From the NCBI GenBank assembly GCA_964503755.1, contig CAZDBO010000002.1, forward strand, positions 128,261 through 192,260: 64,000 bases of DNA, in the 5' to 3' direction. Source of the stretch: an uncultured Candidatus Saccharibacteria bacterium. Its GTDB lineage: Bacteria > Patescibacteriota > Dojkabacteria > JAOAGR01. This document shows, one piece after another, positions 49,566 to 59,892 of this stretch. A model generated the notes under the pieces. The model did not search any database. It was not told where the DNA came from and was given only the letters and a program-made list of their open reading frames with translations. The position numbers and the translations under genes were made by a program. The first letter of the stretch is position 1. Every line of letters starts with the position of its first letter.

Positions 49566-50895
49566 TATACCGCATATTGGCATAATAGGAGCTGGTTTTA
49601 CAGCATTTGCTGCTGCTTATTATTTATCAAAAAAAGGATACAAAATAACTATTTTAGAAAGAAGTGAGGACATTGGCGGATTGGCCGGAGCTTTCAAAAT
49701 CGGAAATTCGTACTTGGAAAAAGCTTATCATCATCTGTTTAAAACAGATACGGATATACTAGAACTTATAAATGAAATTGATCCTAGTCTTATAGAATGG
49801 CATGAAAGTTCTGTTTCGAATTTTTACAAAGGTAAATTTTATCCATTCAATTCGGCTATAGATCTTATTAAATTTGCACCTTTAGATTTTTTCAGTCGTT
49901 TAAGAGTAGGTTTGGCATTGTTTTATCTACAAAAAGTCAAAAATTATTCTCAGTTTGAAAAAATATCAGCTATAAATTGGCTTAGAAAATGGACAGGTGA
50001 TAGAGCATGTCAAGTTTTATGGATTCCACTTTTGAAAGGCAAATTTAGAAAGTACTGCGAAAAAATTTCAATGGCATGGATGTGGGCTCGTTTGCATATT
50101 AGGGCGAATTCAAGGTCAAATATTTTTGAAAAAGAAATGCTTGGATATATCAAAGGTGGATTTATCAGTTTAATTAATAAAATCTTAGAAGTATCAAAAA
50201 ATATCAAGGTACACACAAAACACGAAGTTATAAACATCGAATACAATCAAAACACAAACAAAGTAATAGTGAGTTGTTTTGATAGTTCAAAATCAAGAAA
50301 AGAATTCAGGTTCGACAAAGTTTTAGTCACTACACCATCACATATTTTTGCTAGACTGATTGAGTCAAATGCTGTTCATCAGGATTATCTAAACAAATTA
50401 GCCCAAATCGAATATATAGGTGCAATATGTATGATAATAGAAACAGATCAGAATCTTAATTTGGCTTATTGGAATAACATAAACGATCTTACAACACCAT
50501 TTGGAGTAATAGTACATCACACAAAATTAATAGACAAAAAAAATTACAATAACAAAGAAATTTATTATATTGCTGGTTATTTTGAACATGAAAGTGCATT
50601 TTTTTCTATATCAGATGAAGAATTGACAGAAAATTGGTTTGAACATCTGTCACGCATTATTCCAAGCTTTGACAAGACAAAAATAGAAAATATCTTTATA
50701 TTCAGATTCAAAAACGCACAACACATAGTAGATACCAATTACAAACAAAAAATACCCGAATACGAAACACCTATACCAAATGTATATTTATCCAATTTCT
50801 CACAGATTTATCCTGAAGATAGGGGGACAAATTATGCGGTAAGAGAAGGAAAAAAACTAGCTAAAACCATATTACAATCGATAGAAGCTATATAA
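49540..50895 (+). CDS. FAD/NAD(P)-binding oxidoreductase (amine-oxidase / UDP-galactopyranose-mutase-like superfamily)
   Basis: N-terminal dinucleotide-binding IGIIGAGFTAFAAAYYLSKKGYKITILERSEDIGGLAG (GxGxxG...E...GG); overlaps the GT2 gene by 26 nt. Confidence 0.7.
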   Translation: MQFMKIKNNIPHIGIIGAGFTAFAAAYYLSKKGYKITILERSEDIGGLAGAFKIGNSYLEKAYHHLFKTDTDILELINEIDPSLIEWHESSVSNFYKGKFYPFNSAIDLIKFAPLDFFSRLRVGLALFYLQKVKNYSQFEKISAINWLRKWTGDRACQVLWIPLLKGKFRKYCEKISMAWMWARLHIRANSRSNIFEKEMLGYIKGGFISLINKILEVSKNIKVHTKHEVINIEYNQNTNKVIVSCFDSSKSRKEFRFDKVLVTTPSHIFARLIESNAVHQDYLNKLAQIEYIGAICMIIETDQNLNLAYWNNINDLTTPFGVIVHHTKLIDKKNYNNKEIYYIAGYFEHESAFFSISDEELTENWFEHLSRIIPSFDKTKIENIFIFRFKNAQHIVDTNYKQKIPEYETPIPNVYLSNFSQIYPEDRGTNYAVREGKKLAKTILQSIEAI

Positions 50896-51143
50896 AATAC
50901 AACAAATTAAATTTTACAGAATATCAAAAATCTGAAGAATAAATTTTATAATCTTTATAAGATCCACAATACAAAATACTTATTTCTATAAAACTTTTTC
51001 CTAAAAAATATCATAACCGCGTCTTCTAAACGTTTACATTTATGATTTTTCACGAATTTGGCACACACAAAAAATGATTGAACAAAACAGTAATAAATTA
51101 ATCAGTCAATATATCAAAAATATTTAAAATAATAATATGTTTA

Positions 51144-52595
51144 TCACTGCTTGTGAAATATATTCCTTCTCGACCCGTGTTTTCTCAATACTTTTTGAGT
51201 TGTTTCTGAGTCTTTGTATTGTTTTTTAAGAGAATAGAAAAAATCTTTCATAACTTTAGAATCTTTCTCATAGTCACAAATGATTGGTATATATCCTTTG
51301 ATACTAATATTTTTTGCATTAAAAATCTCCTCATCAGGTATTCTTTCTAATTCTGGTATCCATTTACGCACAAATTTTAATTTTGGATCCTGATCTAAAA
51401 GCTGTTTATGTGGACTATAAACTCTTATTACATTTATTCCTACAACACCAGCCTGCATTTGTAGCTGACTAAGATGAATACCAGGTTCAAAATCTAAAAA
51501 AATACGCGCAAGTAAATTGTTTATATCACGCCAATCTAGATGCAACACATGACAAGCAAATGATGTCACAAGAGATCTCATCCTAAAATTTAAAAATCCA
51601 GTTTTGTGGAGACACACCATACAAGCATCTACAAGTGGAAATCCTGTCCTACCATAATACCAAGCTTCTAATTTTTCTTTATCAAATTTATAAGGAGGAT
51701 TTTCAAAAATAGGATTCAAAGCGTGAAGTTCCATCTCAGGCTCCATCTCAAGACGCTGTATAAAATGATCCCTCCAGTACATCCTACCTAAAAAAGCATT
51801 TAAAGATCTTTGAAAGATAACATCATCATTTAATTCTTTTAATCTTTGTCTTGTTCTTTGTACCACAACTCTTGGCGATATAGTACCCCAAGCTAGATGT
51901 ACCGATAATCTTGAACCATGATAAAAAGCAGTATTTGGTGAACTGATACTTTTTTGATAAAGTCTCCCACGATATTTTAAAAATGTATCTAAAATTTTAT
52001 GTGCTCTTTTTTCCCTGACTACTTGGAGTAAATCTTTATTCAAGTCTGAAATGAGTTTTGTCTCTATCTCATCGATGCTAAGAGAATTTTTTCTAATGTA
52101 ATCCAAAGGTACATTGATCGATTTGGGAGTAGGTAGCAATCCTTTATCCATGAATGATTCCCACAATCTCTGCCATTTATCACGATTTTTTAGTCCTCTA
52201 AATACTCCCGTTTGTGGATATTCTTTGAAAATAATTCTATTTAATTTAGCCCATTTTCTGAGTTTCTTATCTCTTGAAAATGTTTCATTTACTCCAATCT
52301 CTTCATGTGCAAAAATATAAGAAATATTAAAAGATTTGCGTATTACTTCTAATACTGAAATAATATCACCATCTTTTATTAAAATATCACCACCAATTTT
52401 TCTGATATTATCTTGCAAATCATGCAAAGCCGAAATCATTGCATAAAGATGAAATTTAGAAGTATACTCACTATTTAGAATGATATCTTCAAAAACAAAA
52501 AGCGGAATCAATTGTTCACATTGTCTAATTGCTTCGTGCAAAACCAGATTATCCAACAATCTAAAATCACGTTTTATAATCCAAATTCCTATCAT
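51144..52595 (-). CDS. phr: deoxyribodipyrimidine photolyase / cryptochrome family protein
   Basis: N-terminal photolyase alpha/beta domain (IWIIKRDFRLLDNLVL); C-terminal FAD-binding signature GFPLVDACMVCLHKTGFLNFRMRSLVTSFACHVLHLDWRD. Confidence 0.8.
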   Translation of the reverse strand: MIGIWIIKRDFRLLDNLVLHEAIRQCEQLIPLFVFEDIILNSEYTSKFHLYAMISALHDLQDNIRKIGGDILIKDGDIISVLEVIRKSFNISYIFAHEEIGVNETFSRDKKLRKWAKLNRIIFKEYPQTGVFRGLKNRDKWQRLWESFMDKGLLPTPKSINVPLDYIRKNSLSIDEIETKLISDLNKDLLQVVREKRAHKILDTFLKYRGRLYQKSISSPNTAFYHGSRLSVHLAWGTISPRVVVQRTRQRLKELNDDVIFQRSLNAFLGRMYWRDHFIQRLEMEPEMELHALNPIFENPPYKFDKEKLEAWYYGRTGFPLVDACMVCLHKTGFLNFRMRSLVTSFACHVLHLDWRDINNLLARIFLDFEPGIHLSQLQMQAGVVGINVIRVYSPHKQLLDQDPKLKFVRKWIPELERIPDEEIFNAKNISIKGYIPIICDYEKDSKVMKDFFYSLKKQYKDSETTQKVLRKHGSRRNIFHKQ

Positions 52596-52629
52596 ATGAT
52601 ATAATCAAATCTGATATATTATATAAGAA

Positions 52630-52714
52630 GACGAGATGGTGGAACTGGTAGACACGCTACCTTGAGGGGGTAGTGCTTCACGGCGTGGGGGTTCAAGTCC
52701 CCCTCTCGTCACCA
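52630..52714 (+). tRNA. tRNA-Leu (anticodon GAG), long variable arm, CCA encoded
   Basis: GACGAGATGGTGGAACTGGTAGACACGCTACC TTGAGGG GGTAG...GGGGTTCAAGTCCCCCTCTCGTCACCA. Confidence 0.85.
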
Positions 52715-52742
52715 AGAACAGTTATTAATATAAATGATGTAA

Positions 52743-54587
52743 TTGATGTCAAATAAAAAAAATTTTCGTCATAAGAATAAAAAACATCGACACTACAAAA
52801 GACAAAATAATCAAAATCACAGAGATTTAAATCAAAGTTTCACAAGAGAAAATTTCAAACTATCACAAGAAAAATACAGGATTAACAGTGCTATAAACTG
52901 GGGAGAAAATAGTACCTATCAATTCAGAAGACCAGACTCAGAACCTATAAAAATTATTCCAATAAACGGTCTTGAAACTGTAGGTACAAATTGTACTTTA
53001 ATACAGTACAAAGATGATATTATCATTATAGATCTAGGACTTGGTCTAGCAGAATATGACCTGCCCGGCGTAGATGCAGTAGTACCGAATTTATCTTATT
53101 TAGAAGACAAAAAAGATAAAATACGCGGAATTATCGTTACTCATGGTCATACAGATCATATTGGTGCTTTACAGTATTTATATACAGAACTAGGCTGTCC
53201 ACCGATCTATGCCCCACGGATGGCAGCAGAAATGATCAAAGATAAATTTGAGGAGGTAAAACTTAAAGATAAACTAAAAATTAATCAAATAGATGAAAAT
53301 TCAAGTTATTATTTAGGCATATTTAGGATACAACATTTTAGGATGACTCATACCATAATGGACAATTATGGTGTAGCTATTGATACCCCACATGGCAAAA
53401 TTGTCACTCCTAGTGATTATAAATTTGATTTATCCCCATACAAAGAACCGCCGTCCGATTATTCACGACTTGTAAAACTTGGAGATGAGGGTGTACTTTT
53501 GTTATTAGATGAATCAACTAGCGTTAAAAAACCTGGATGGGCACCATCAGAAACTACAATAGCCAAAGACTTGGAAGAAATTATTCGCACTGCACAAGGA
53601 AGACTGATTATTGGACTTTTTTCCACAATGATCAGTCGCATGCGACAAATAACAGAAATTGCTTATAGATACAACAAAAAAATTGCAATGCTTGGTAAAA
53701 GTATAAAAACAAATCTTGATATAGCTCATAGACTTGGATATGTAAATGTAAGTAGTAGTACATACATTTCACCAAAAGAAATCAGTAAATATCCAGACAA
53801 TCAAATCATAATATTATCAACAGGATCCCAAGGCGAACCTGATTCTGCATTAATAAAACTGGCAAAAAATGAATATAAAAACGTATGCTTAAAACCAACT
53901 GATACGATATTATTTTCTTCATCAAGAATACCAGGAAATGAACTCAGAATTGATGCGTTAATAAATGAATTAGTATTAAAAGGATGCAAAGTAATTACTA
54001 GTGAATATATGATGGTTCACGCATCAGGACACGGATGCAAAGAAGATCATAGGCTTATGATTACTCTCACACGTCCAAAATTTGTCATGCCAATACACGG
54101 TGACCCATCCATGCGCCAAGCAAATAAAGATTTACTTCTGGAAATGGGATACAAATCTGATGAAGTTATTTTAATAAATAATGGACAAATAATTGAACTA
54201 TGGGATGATAGATGGCAATTGGCAGAAAAAATAGATGTTACTCCTTTATGGATAGAAGGTTATAAATTAGGCAAATTCGACAATAAAATTGTTGATGAAA
54301 GAAAAGCTTTAATAAATGATGGTTTATTAAATATCACCATTAAATTTAAAAATCACAATGGCAAGTACCAAACAGATAATATAATGATCCAACCCGTAGG
54401 AATGTTTATCGAAATGCATGATAGTTATATTCAACAGAAATTAAAACAAGAAATTATAAATCAAGTAAGCCAGATCAATAGCAATGTTTCATCTGAATTT
54501 TTTATTAAAACAATAAGACATTTTGTACTACAAAAAATCAGAGAAAAATATAATAAATCACCATATATTTTGATTACTGCAATTTAA
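52743..54587 (+). CDS. rnj: ribonuclease J (metallo-beta-lactamase/beta-CASP RNase)
   Basis: HxHxDH in VTHGHTDHIGAL; beta-CASP and C-terminal domain layout; 614 aa; about 30-aa highly basic N-terminal extension. Confidence 0.85.
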   Translation: MMSNKKNFRHKNKKHRHYKRQNNQNHRDLNQSFTRENFKLSQEKYRINSAINWGENSTYQFRRPDSEPIKIIPINGLETVGTNCTLIQYKDDIIIIDLGLGLAEYDLPGVDAVVPNLSYLEDKKDKIRGIIVTHGHTDHIGALQYLYTELGCPPIYAPRMAAEMIKDKFEEVKLKDKLKINQIDENSSYYLGIFRIQHFRMTHTIMDNYGVAIDTPHGKIVTPSDYKFDLSPYKEPPSDYSRLVKLGDEGVLLLLDESTSVKKPGWAPSETTIAKDLEEIIRTAQGRLIIGLFSTMISRMRQITEIAYRYNKKIAMLGKSIKTNLDIAHRLGYVNVSSSTYISPKEISKYPDNQIIILSTGSQGEPDSALIKLAKNEYKNVCLKPTDTILFSSSRIPGNELRIDALINELVLKGCKVITSEYMMVHASGHGCKEDHRLMITLTRPKFVMPIHGDPSMRQANKDLLLEMGYKSDEVILINNGQIIELWDDRWQLAEKIDVTPLWIEGYKLGKFDNKIVDERKALINDGLLNITIKFKNHNGKYQTDNIMIQPVGMFIEMHDSYIQQKLKQEIINQVSQINSNVSSEFFIKTIRHFVLQKIREKYNKSPYILITAI

Positions 54588-54679
54588 ATCACAACATGGC
54601 TTATAAATTGTAATTTTGTTTATCAGGATGATAAAATTTTGAGTTTATAAAAAATACTTATTTGTGTTAAATTAGGACT

Positions 54680-55534
54680 ATGAAAGTGGGGATAATTTGT
54701 AATAAAAAAAACAAAACTATAAACCGCATTTCTGAAGAATTAGAAAAACTTGGGCATGAATGTTATAAATTGTATTTGAAAGACTTTATCTTTGCTATAG
54801 AAAACGCTACAAGCCCTAATATCTCCCACCGCAAATTAGAAATATTAGATATTTATACATTTTTTGTTAAATTAGGCATAGATAGTCACAATCTTCAGTT
54901 TATTCTTGACTTTATTAAATCTAATAATAAAAAAGTTATTAATGGACAAAACATTTCACCGCTTACAAATTTTTACTTATTTCAGACACTTGCTCAAAAT
55001 AACATAAAAGTGATTAGCCTATATCACACCGAAGGGCTTAGAGCAGCACGAGATGTATTGATAGATCTTGACCATCCAATAATTATCTTACCTTTTGAAG
55101 GAAAAGAAAAAAGAGCAGTTATTTCAGATGACTGGACCGAATCATTTGATGTAGTCAAATCAGAAAAAGTGAAAATTTTCGATTTTTTAGAAATACCTGA
55201 AGAAATCTACAAAACAAATAGCTATCATACTGCCATAATAGTTGGAAATAAAATAATATTTAGTGCTGAAGTTTTGACAAAAGACAAGTTATTCTGGGCA
55301 AGTCCACTAAAAAAATATAAATCTAGTGAATTGGACTCAGAAATAATAAATCAAATTTATAACATAAAAAAAATATTGAACTTAGATATATGTCAAATAG
55401 ATTTTTATATCTCTTCGGAGAGTGAAAAGATAACCGTGATAAATATTAATCCTTTTCCATCGATTTTTAGTATAGAAAACAAATTTAAATCAAACCTTGC
55501 AAAAGAAATTGCAGAATTTATAGTTTCAAAATGA
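54680..55534 (+). CDS. ATP-grasp fold protein, RimK-like, possibly degenerate
   Basis: N-terminus [10 protein letters not shown]...[11 protein letters not shown] parallels RimK MKIAILSRD...GH; C-terminus [11 protein letters not shown]...[11 protein letters not shown] parallels LDVAGVDIL....VMEVNASPG; central ATP-binding residues are poorly conserved; stop overlaps the uvrB start (ATGA). Confidence 0.45.
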   Translation: MKVGIICNKKNKTINRISEELEKLGHECYKLYLKDFIFAIENATSPNISHRKLEILDIYTFFVKLGIDSHNLQFILDFIKSNNKKVINGQNISPLTNFYLFQTLAQNNIKVISLYHTEGLRAARDVLIDLDHPIIILPFEGKEKRAVISDDWTESFDVVKSEKVKIFDFLEIPEEIYKTNSYHTAIIVGNKIIFSAEVLTKDKLFWASPLKKYKSSELDSEIINQIYNIKKILNLDICQIDFYISSESEKITVININPFPSIFSIENKFKSNLAKEIAEFIVSK

Positions 55535-57681
55535 TAAAACTGCAGAAAAAGTTTAAGTTAGTAAGCAATTTCAAACCTACAGGAGACCAACCACAAGCAA
55601 TAGAAAAATTAACAAAAGGAATAGTCGAAGGACGTAAGCATCAAACACTTTTAGGTGCAACGGGTACAGGAAAAACTTTTACGATGGCAAATATTATTGC
55701 TAATGTTCAAAAGCCAACTCTGATTTTAGCCCACAATAAGACACTAGCTGCACAACTTGCCAGTGAATTTAGAGAATTCTTTCCAGAAAATGCAGTAAGA
55801 TATTTTGTAAGTTATTATGATTATTATCAACCAGAAGCTTACAAACCATCAACAGATACTTATATAGAAAAAGAAGCACAGATCAACGAAGAGATAGAAA
55901 AATATCGCAATGCCGCTACTCAAAGTTTACTCACAAGAAATGATGTGATCATCGTAGCATCAGTATCTTGTATTTACGGTCTCGGATCACCAGAGACATA
56001 CGATGCAATAGCTTTTGGGATAAAACGTGGACAGATATTTGAAAGAAATAAATTGCTAAGAAGATTTGTAGATCTCTTGTACACTAGAAATGATTTAGAA
56101 TTAAAAAGATCGAATTTTAGGGCAAAAGGTGACATAGTAGAAATATTTCCTTCATATGAAGATAATATCATCAGAATAAGCTATTTTGGTGATGAAATAG
56201 AAAGTATAAAAGTTATCGATCCACTAACCGGCGAAATTATCGATGAACCGGAAGAAATAAGTATTTTTCCCTCAAATCATTACGTAACACCATTTGATAT
56301 TTTAAAAGAAAAAATACCCATAATAAGAAAAGAATTAGAAGAAAGAATAAAGTTTTTCAAAAGTCAAAATAAATTATTAGAAGCTGAAAGAATGAAACAA
56401 AGGACAAATTATGATATTGAGATGTTAGAAGAGGTGGGGTATTGTCGTGGAATAGAAAATTATTCACCAATCATTGAAGGCAGGACACCTGGAGAACCTC
56501 CATCTACACTTTTAGATTATTTCCCTGACGATTATATGATGTTTATAGATGAATCACACATTACACTACCCCAAGTCAGAGGAATGTATCATGGCGACAG
56601 ATCAAGAAAACAAACCTTGGTTGAATATGGATTTAGACTGCCATCAGCAATGGATAATAGGCCATTGAATTTTTATGAATTTCAAAAACGCATTAATCAA
56701 GTAATTTATGTATCCGCCACTCCACAAGAATACGAACTTATAAATTCTATCGAATCAGCTCAAAAACTTTATCCCAAAGCTAAAATCACAGATATCTTAT
56801 TAGCAGTAACACAAAATACAAATGAAGAAAAGAAAAAATCAAAACTTTATAATGAAATAATAACAAAACTTAATTATGAAGATTATCAAATAACAGGAAT
56901 AGCACAACAAATAATCAGACCTACAGGACTTTTGGATCCAAAAATAGAGATCCGTCCAATCATGGGGCAAATCAAAGATTTAGAGACAGAGATAAAAATA
57001 AGAAAGAGTAGGGGAGAAAGAGTACTTGTGACCACTCTTACCAAAAGAATGGCCGAAGAACTAACAGTTTATCTTAAAGAAAATGGATTTAGTGTACAAT
57101 ATCTACATTCTGATGTAGAAACTATCGAGCGTGTTGAGATACTTAGAGATTTAAGACTTGGAATATTTGATGTGGTTGTGGGTATAAATCTACTGCGTGA
57201 AGGATTGGATCTACCCGAAGTATCGCTAGTTGCCATACTTGATGCCGACAAAGAAGGTTTTTTACGCAATCAGACATCCCTTATTCAGACAATCGGTCGT
57301 GCCGCAAGACACCCAAATGGTCATGTCATCATGTATGCTGATTACATCACAGATTCCATGAAACTTGCTATCGAAGAGACCGAACGCCGCCGCAGAATCC
57401 AAGAAGAATATAATCATTTACACAACATCACACCAAAACCAATCATTAAAAAAATCGAGGTACATTTACAAAGATCAAAGGATAAAAATAACAAGAAAAA
57501 GAACAACAAAGAAAATACCAAAAACATCGATCTACCTAAAAATCTCACACGTGAACAAATAGAAAAACTAATCGAAGAATACACTCGCAAAATGAAAGAG
57601 GCCGCAGATAATCTAGAATTCTTTACTGCGGCGGAGTATAGAGATAGGATAGAATCAATGAAGAAATTATACAATCAGTAA
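55531..57681 (+). CDS. uvrB: excinuclease ABC subunit B
   Basis: Walker [18 protein letters not shown], beta-hairpin region, helicase motifs (DESH) and C-terminal UVR domain ([21 protein letters not shown]). Confidence 0.95.
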   Translation: MIKLQKKFKLVSNFKPTGDQPQAIEKLTKGIVEGRKHQTLLGATGTGKTFTMANIIANVQKPTLILAHNKTLAAQLASEFREFFPENAVRYFVSYYDYYQPEAYKPSTDTYIEKEAQINEEIEKYRNAATQSLLTRNDVIIVASVSCIYGLGSPETYDAIAFGIKRGQIFERNKLLRRFVDLLYTRNDLELKRSNFRAKGDIVEIFPSYEDNIIRISYFGDEIESIKVIDPLTGEIIDEPEEISIFPSNHYVTPFDILKEKIPIIRKELEERIKFFKSQNKLLEAERMKQRTNYDIEMLEEVGYCRGIENYSPIIEGRTPGEPPSTLLDYFPDDYMMFIDESHITLPQVRGMYHGDRSRKQTLVEYGFRLPSAMDNRPLNFYEFQKRINQVIYVSATPQEYELINSIESAQKLYPKAKITDILLAVTQNTNEEKKKSKLYNEIITKLNYEDYQITGIAQQIIRPTGLLDPKIEIRPIMGQIKDLETEIKIRKSRGERVLVTTLTKRMAEELTVYLKENGFSVQYLHSDVETIERVEILRDLRLGIFDVVVGINLLREGLDLPEVSLVAILDADKEGFLRNQTSLIQTIGRAARHPNGHVIMYADYITDSMKLAIEETERRRRIQEEYNHLHNITPKPIIKKIEVHLQRSKDKNNKKKNNKENTKNIDLPKNLTREQIEKLIEEYTRKMKEAADNLEFFTAAEYRDRIESMKKLYNQ

Positions 57682-58198
57682 ATGGAACAAAACATTATGA
57701 TTGCATTGTATTTTCACTTTATTGCTTTCTTCTAGGTGATAAGCCAACTACATCTTCTAAAATTCTATCTGCTTCGTCCTCATTTTTGCCGATATTTTAA
57801 AATCGGTATCTGTTTTGTATTTTATTAAATAATATATTTTTTTCGACTTTCTGCCACGCACACAAACATCCAAAATAATACAGTGTTTAAATAATGTTAT
57901 ACGGATAAAAGTCTACCAATATCAACATAAAAGCAATAAAAACCTGTAAAAAAATAGATCTATGAGAAAACTATTAAAATATAAACATGAACGTCAAAAA
58001 TTGTTATAAAAACGTCATAATAAAAGTAACAATTAATATTCACGAAACTAGAATTCATTTCATAGAACAACAGAATACAACAGCTATATTAATATTAATT
58101 ATATTTATTTGTACTTCCTGTTTGATTAAATAAAGATGTCTTCAAGTTTTACCAAACAAAATTACAATAATTAATTTCAAATAATAAAAAATTACAGG

Positions 58199-58216
58199 GT
58201 CCGATAGGACCCCGTC
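58199..58216 (-). terminator. putative intrinsic terminator downstream of the 58245..59249 gene
   Basis: Perfect GC-rich palindrome gggtcc-gata-ggaccc, 29 nt past the stop, followed on the minus strand by an A/T-rich tract. Confidence 0.45.
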
Positions 58217-58244
58217 ATCAGACGTAAAAAATAAAATATATTAC

Positions 58245-59249
58245 TTATTTATTTTCTGGTAAAACATATTTTATGTCATATCCGCTTGGATTATTATGAT
58301 TCCCCGTAGCAATGGTTAATTTTTCAAGACTAGCAGCTATGTCATTGGGTAACTTTACAACTAGTATTTCTTGGCCAGGTTGGACTACATCAGGATTTAC
58401 CACATTTGGATCTAATTGAGCAGCAAAACCTTGATATCCTACTATCCCTTCTTTCCCATAAAATCTTTCAAGTGCATCATTTATACTCTCACCTGGTTGT
58501 ATTTGAATGGTCTCAATTTTACCGCCTAATCCTTCAATTATTTGTTGTAATTCAGGATCTCCTAGATTTGCATTTGGATTAGCTTGTAAATATTTTATTA
58601 AATTAGGAAGAGTTACTGTTCGATCTTCACCAACGATGGTATCAGGGCCATTTCCACCCACATTCTGTCCGAGTTCATTATTTGGATTCTCTGGTCCAGT
58701 AGCAGGCTCATCTCCAATACAAACTTGCGCGGCAGCGATACCTCTAGCAACGATAGTTCCAAGAAAAGATAAAATACCAGCTGCAACAATTCTCTCAAAT
58801 TTTTTTCTTCCTGGTTCACCTGGAATATCTCTTAGAGCCTCAACACCCATCGAAAACGCAGGATTAATAACCCAAGCAAATTGGTAATATAGCGGGGCTA
58901 GAGCTGGTACAAATTGATTTATTCCAATAGGCACTAACGTCATTAACGCTGGTAGACATATCCTGATGAATGTTTTTATATCAATCTTTTTTCCCTCTAG
59001 TTTTGCAACCTCTAATTCATTTAAGGCTTTACCCAGAGATATTGTAATAATCACACCCATCAGTATAGGAGCAAGTGGTGGGCACAAAACCGCTGCTGCC
59101 GCATTAATACTATAAAAAAGATGTTCCCAAGGGATTCTAACATCAGGGTTTCGTCCTGGATTAGCTGGATTAGCTGGTTGTCCTGGAGTAGTCACCGTAT
59201 TAGCGGAGGGTGGATTAGCTGGATTAGCTGGTTGTCCTGGAGTAGTCAC
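58245..59249 (-). CDS. hypothetical membrane protein with Pro-rich tandem repeat and C-terminal LysM-like domain; downstream part of an ORF interrupted by TAG
   Basis: GTG start; TTPGQPANPANP repeated twice; hydrophobic helices; C-terminus QPGESINDALERFYG...NPDVVQPGQEILVVKLP is LysM-like (GDTL..IA..YG....N...I.PGQ.L.IP); GC visibly above local background. Confidence 0.5.
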   Translation of the reverse strand: MTTPGQPANPANPPSANTVTTPGQPANPANPGRNPDVRIPWEHLFYSINAAAAVLCPPLAPILMGVIITISLGKALNELEVAKLEGKKIDIKTFIRICLPALMTLVPIGINQFVPALAPLYYQFAWVINPAFSMGVEALRDIPGEPGRKKFERIVAAGILSFLGTIVARGIAAAQVCIGDEPATGPENPNNELGQNVGGNGPDTIVGEDRTVTLPNLIKYLQANPNANLGDPELQQIIEGLGGKIETIQIQPGESINDALERFYGKEGIVGYQGFAAQLDPNVVNPDVVQPGQEILVVKLPNDIAASLEKLTIATGNHNNPSGYDIKYVLPENK

Positions 59250-59254
59250 CGTAC
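59157..59254 (-). repeat. 54-nt tandem repeat (about 1.8 copies) encoding TVTTPGQPANPANPPSAN
   Basis: tggattagctggattagctggttgtcctggagtagtcaccgta at 59157-59199 recurs at 59211-59253. Confidence 0.8.
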
Positions 59255-59354
59255 TAGTTGTTCCATCTTTTATTACTTCTTCCGGTTGTAAACCACCAGA
59301 TGTCGTACCAGTTGTTGTTTTTCCCCGAGATGCAGCTCTTCTTGATCTTAGACA

Positions 59355-59741
59355 CTATTCTAATATTTGCATCGCATCTGGTCTTAGTTCGAGTAATTTT
59401 CTGTAGATATCATCAATTGAGTCTGTTGCTTTAATCGATACAATACCTCCCAAATTAAGATCTTTTATTATAATTTCAATTAGTGTACCACGGTCTAGAT
59501 TGTTATGATCGCCTTCTTCCTTTGGTTTAGATTCATCCGTTGCAGAACCTCCACCTCGTTGTCCATCACTTTTTACAATTGGTTGTGGTTGCCAACTCAC
59601 AATAGGAGCTGGAGCTTGATTTGATCCTGCCGTTCCCGCTGCTTCATTACTTCCTCCAGCCTCACTTCTTCTCGTCCCTTGTGGTGATTGATCCTTTACC
59701 AATTTGTCCAGATATACACCCAATAAACCTTTGAGCCGCAT
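59355..59741 (-). CDS. hypothetical Gly/Ser/Ala-rich protein; upstream part of the ORF interrupted by TAG at 59355
   Basis: 128 aa; same frame as 58245..59249 with 35 stop-free codons between them. Confidence 0.4.
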   Translation of the reverse strand: MRLKGLLGVYLDKLVKDQSPQGTRRSEAGGSNEAAGTAGSNQAPAPIVSWQPQPIVKSDGQRGGGSATDESKPKEEGDHNNLDRGTLIEIIIKDLNLGGIVSIKATDSIDDIYRKLLELRPDAMQILE

Positions 59742-59892
59742 CCCTAGCCATCATCAATATCCCCTTCGTTTGATTGTGTCATACACATTACATTGTACCA
59801 ATTATTTGGAAAATTATCAACTATTAAAATCCATCATAACTTAATGTCTAACAAAAGTCTTTTTACTATTTTTTAACACTCAGACCGATGTT

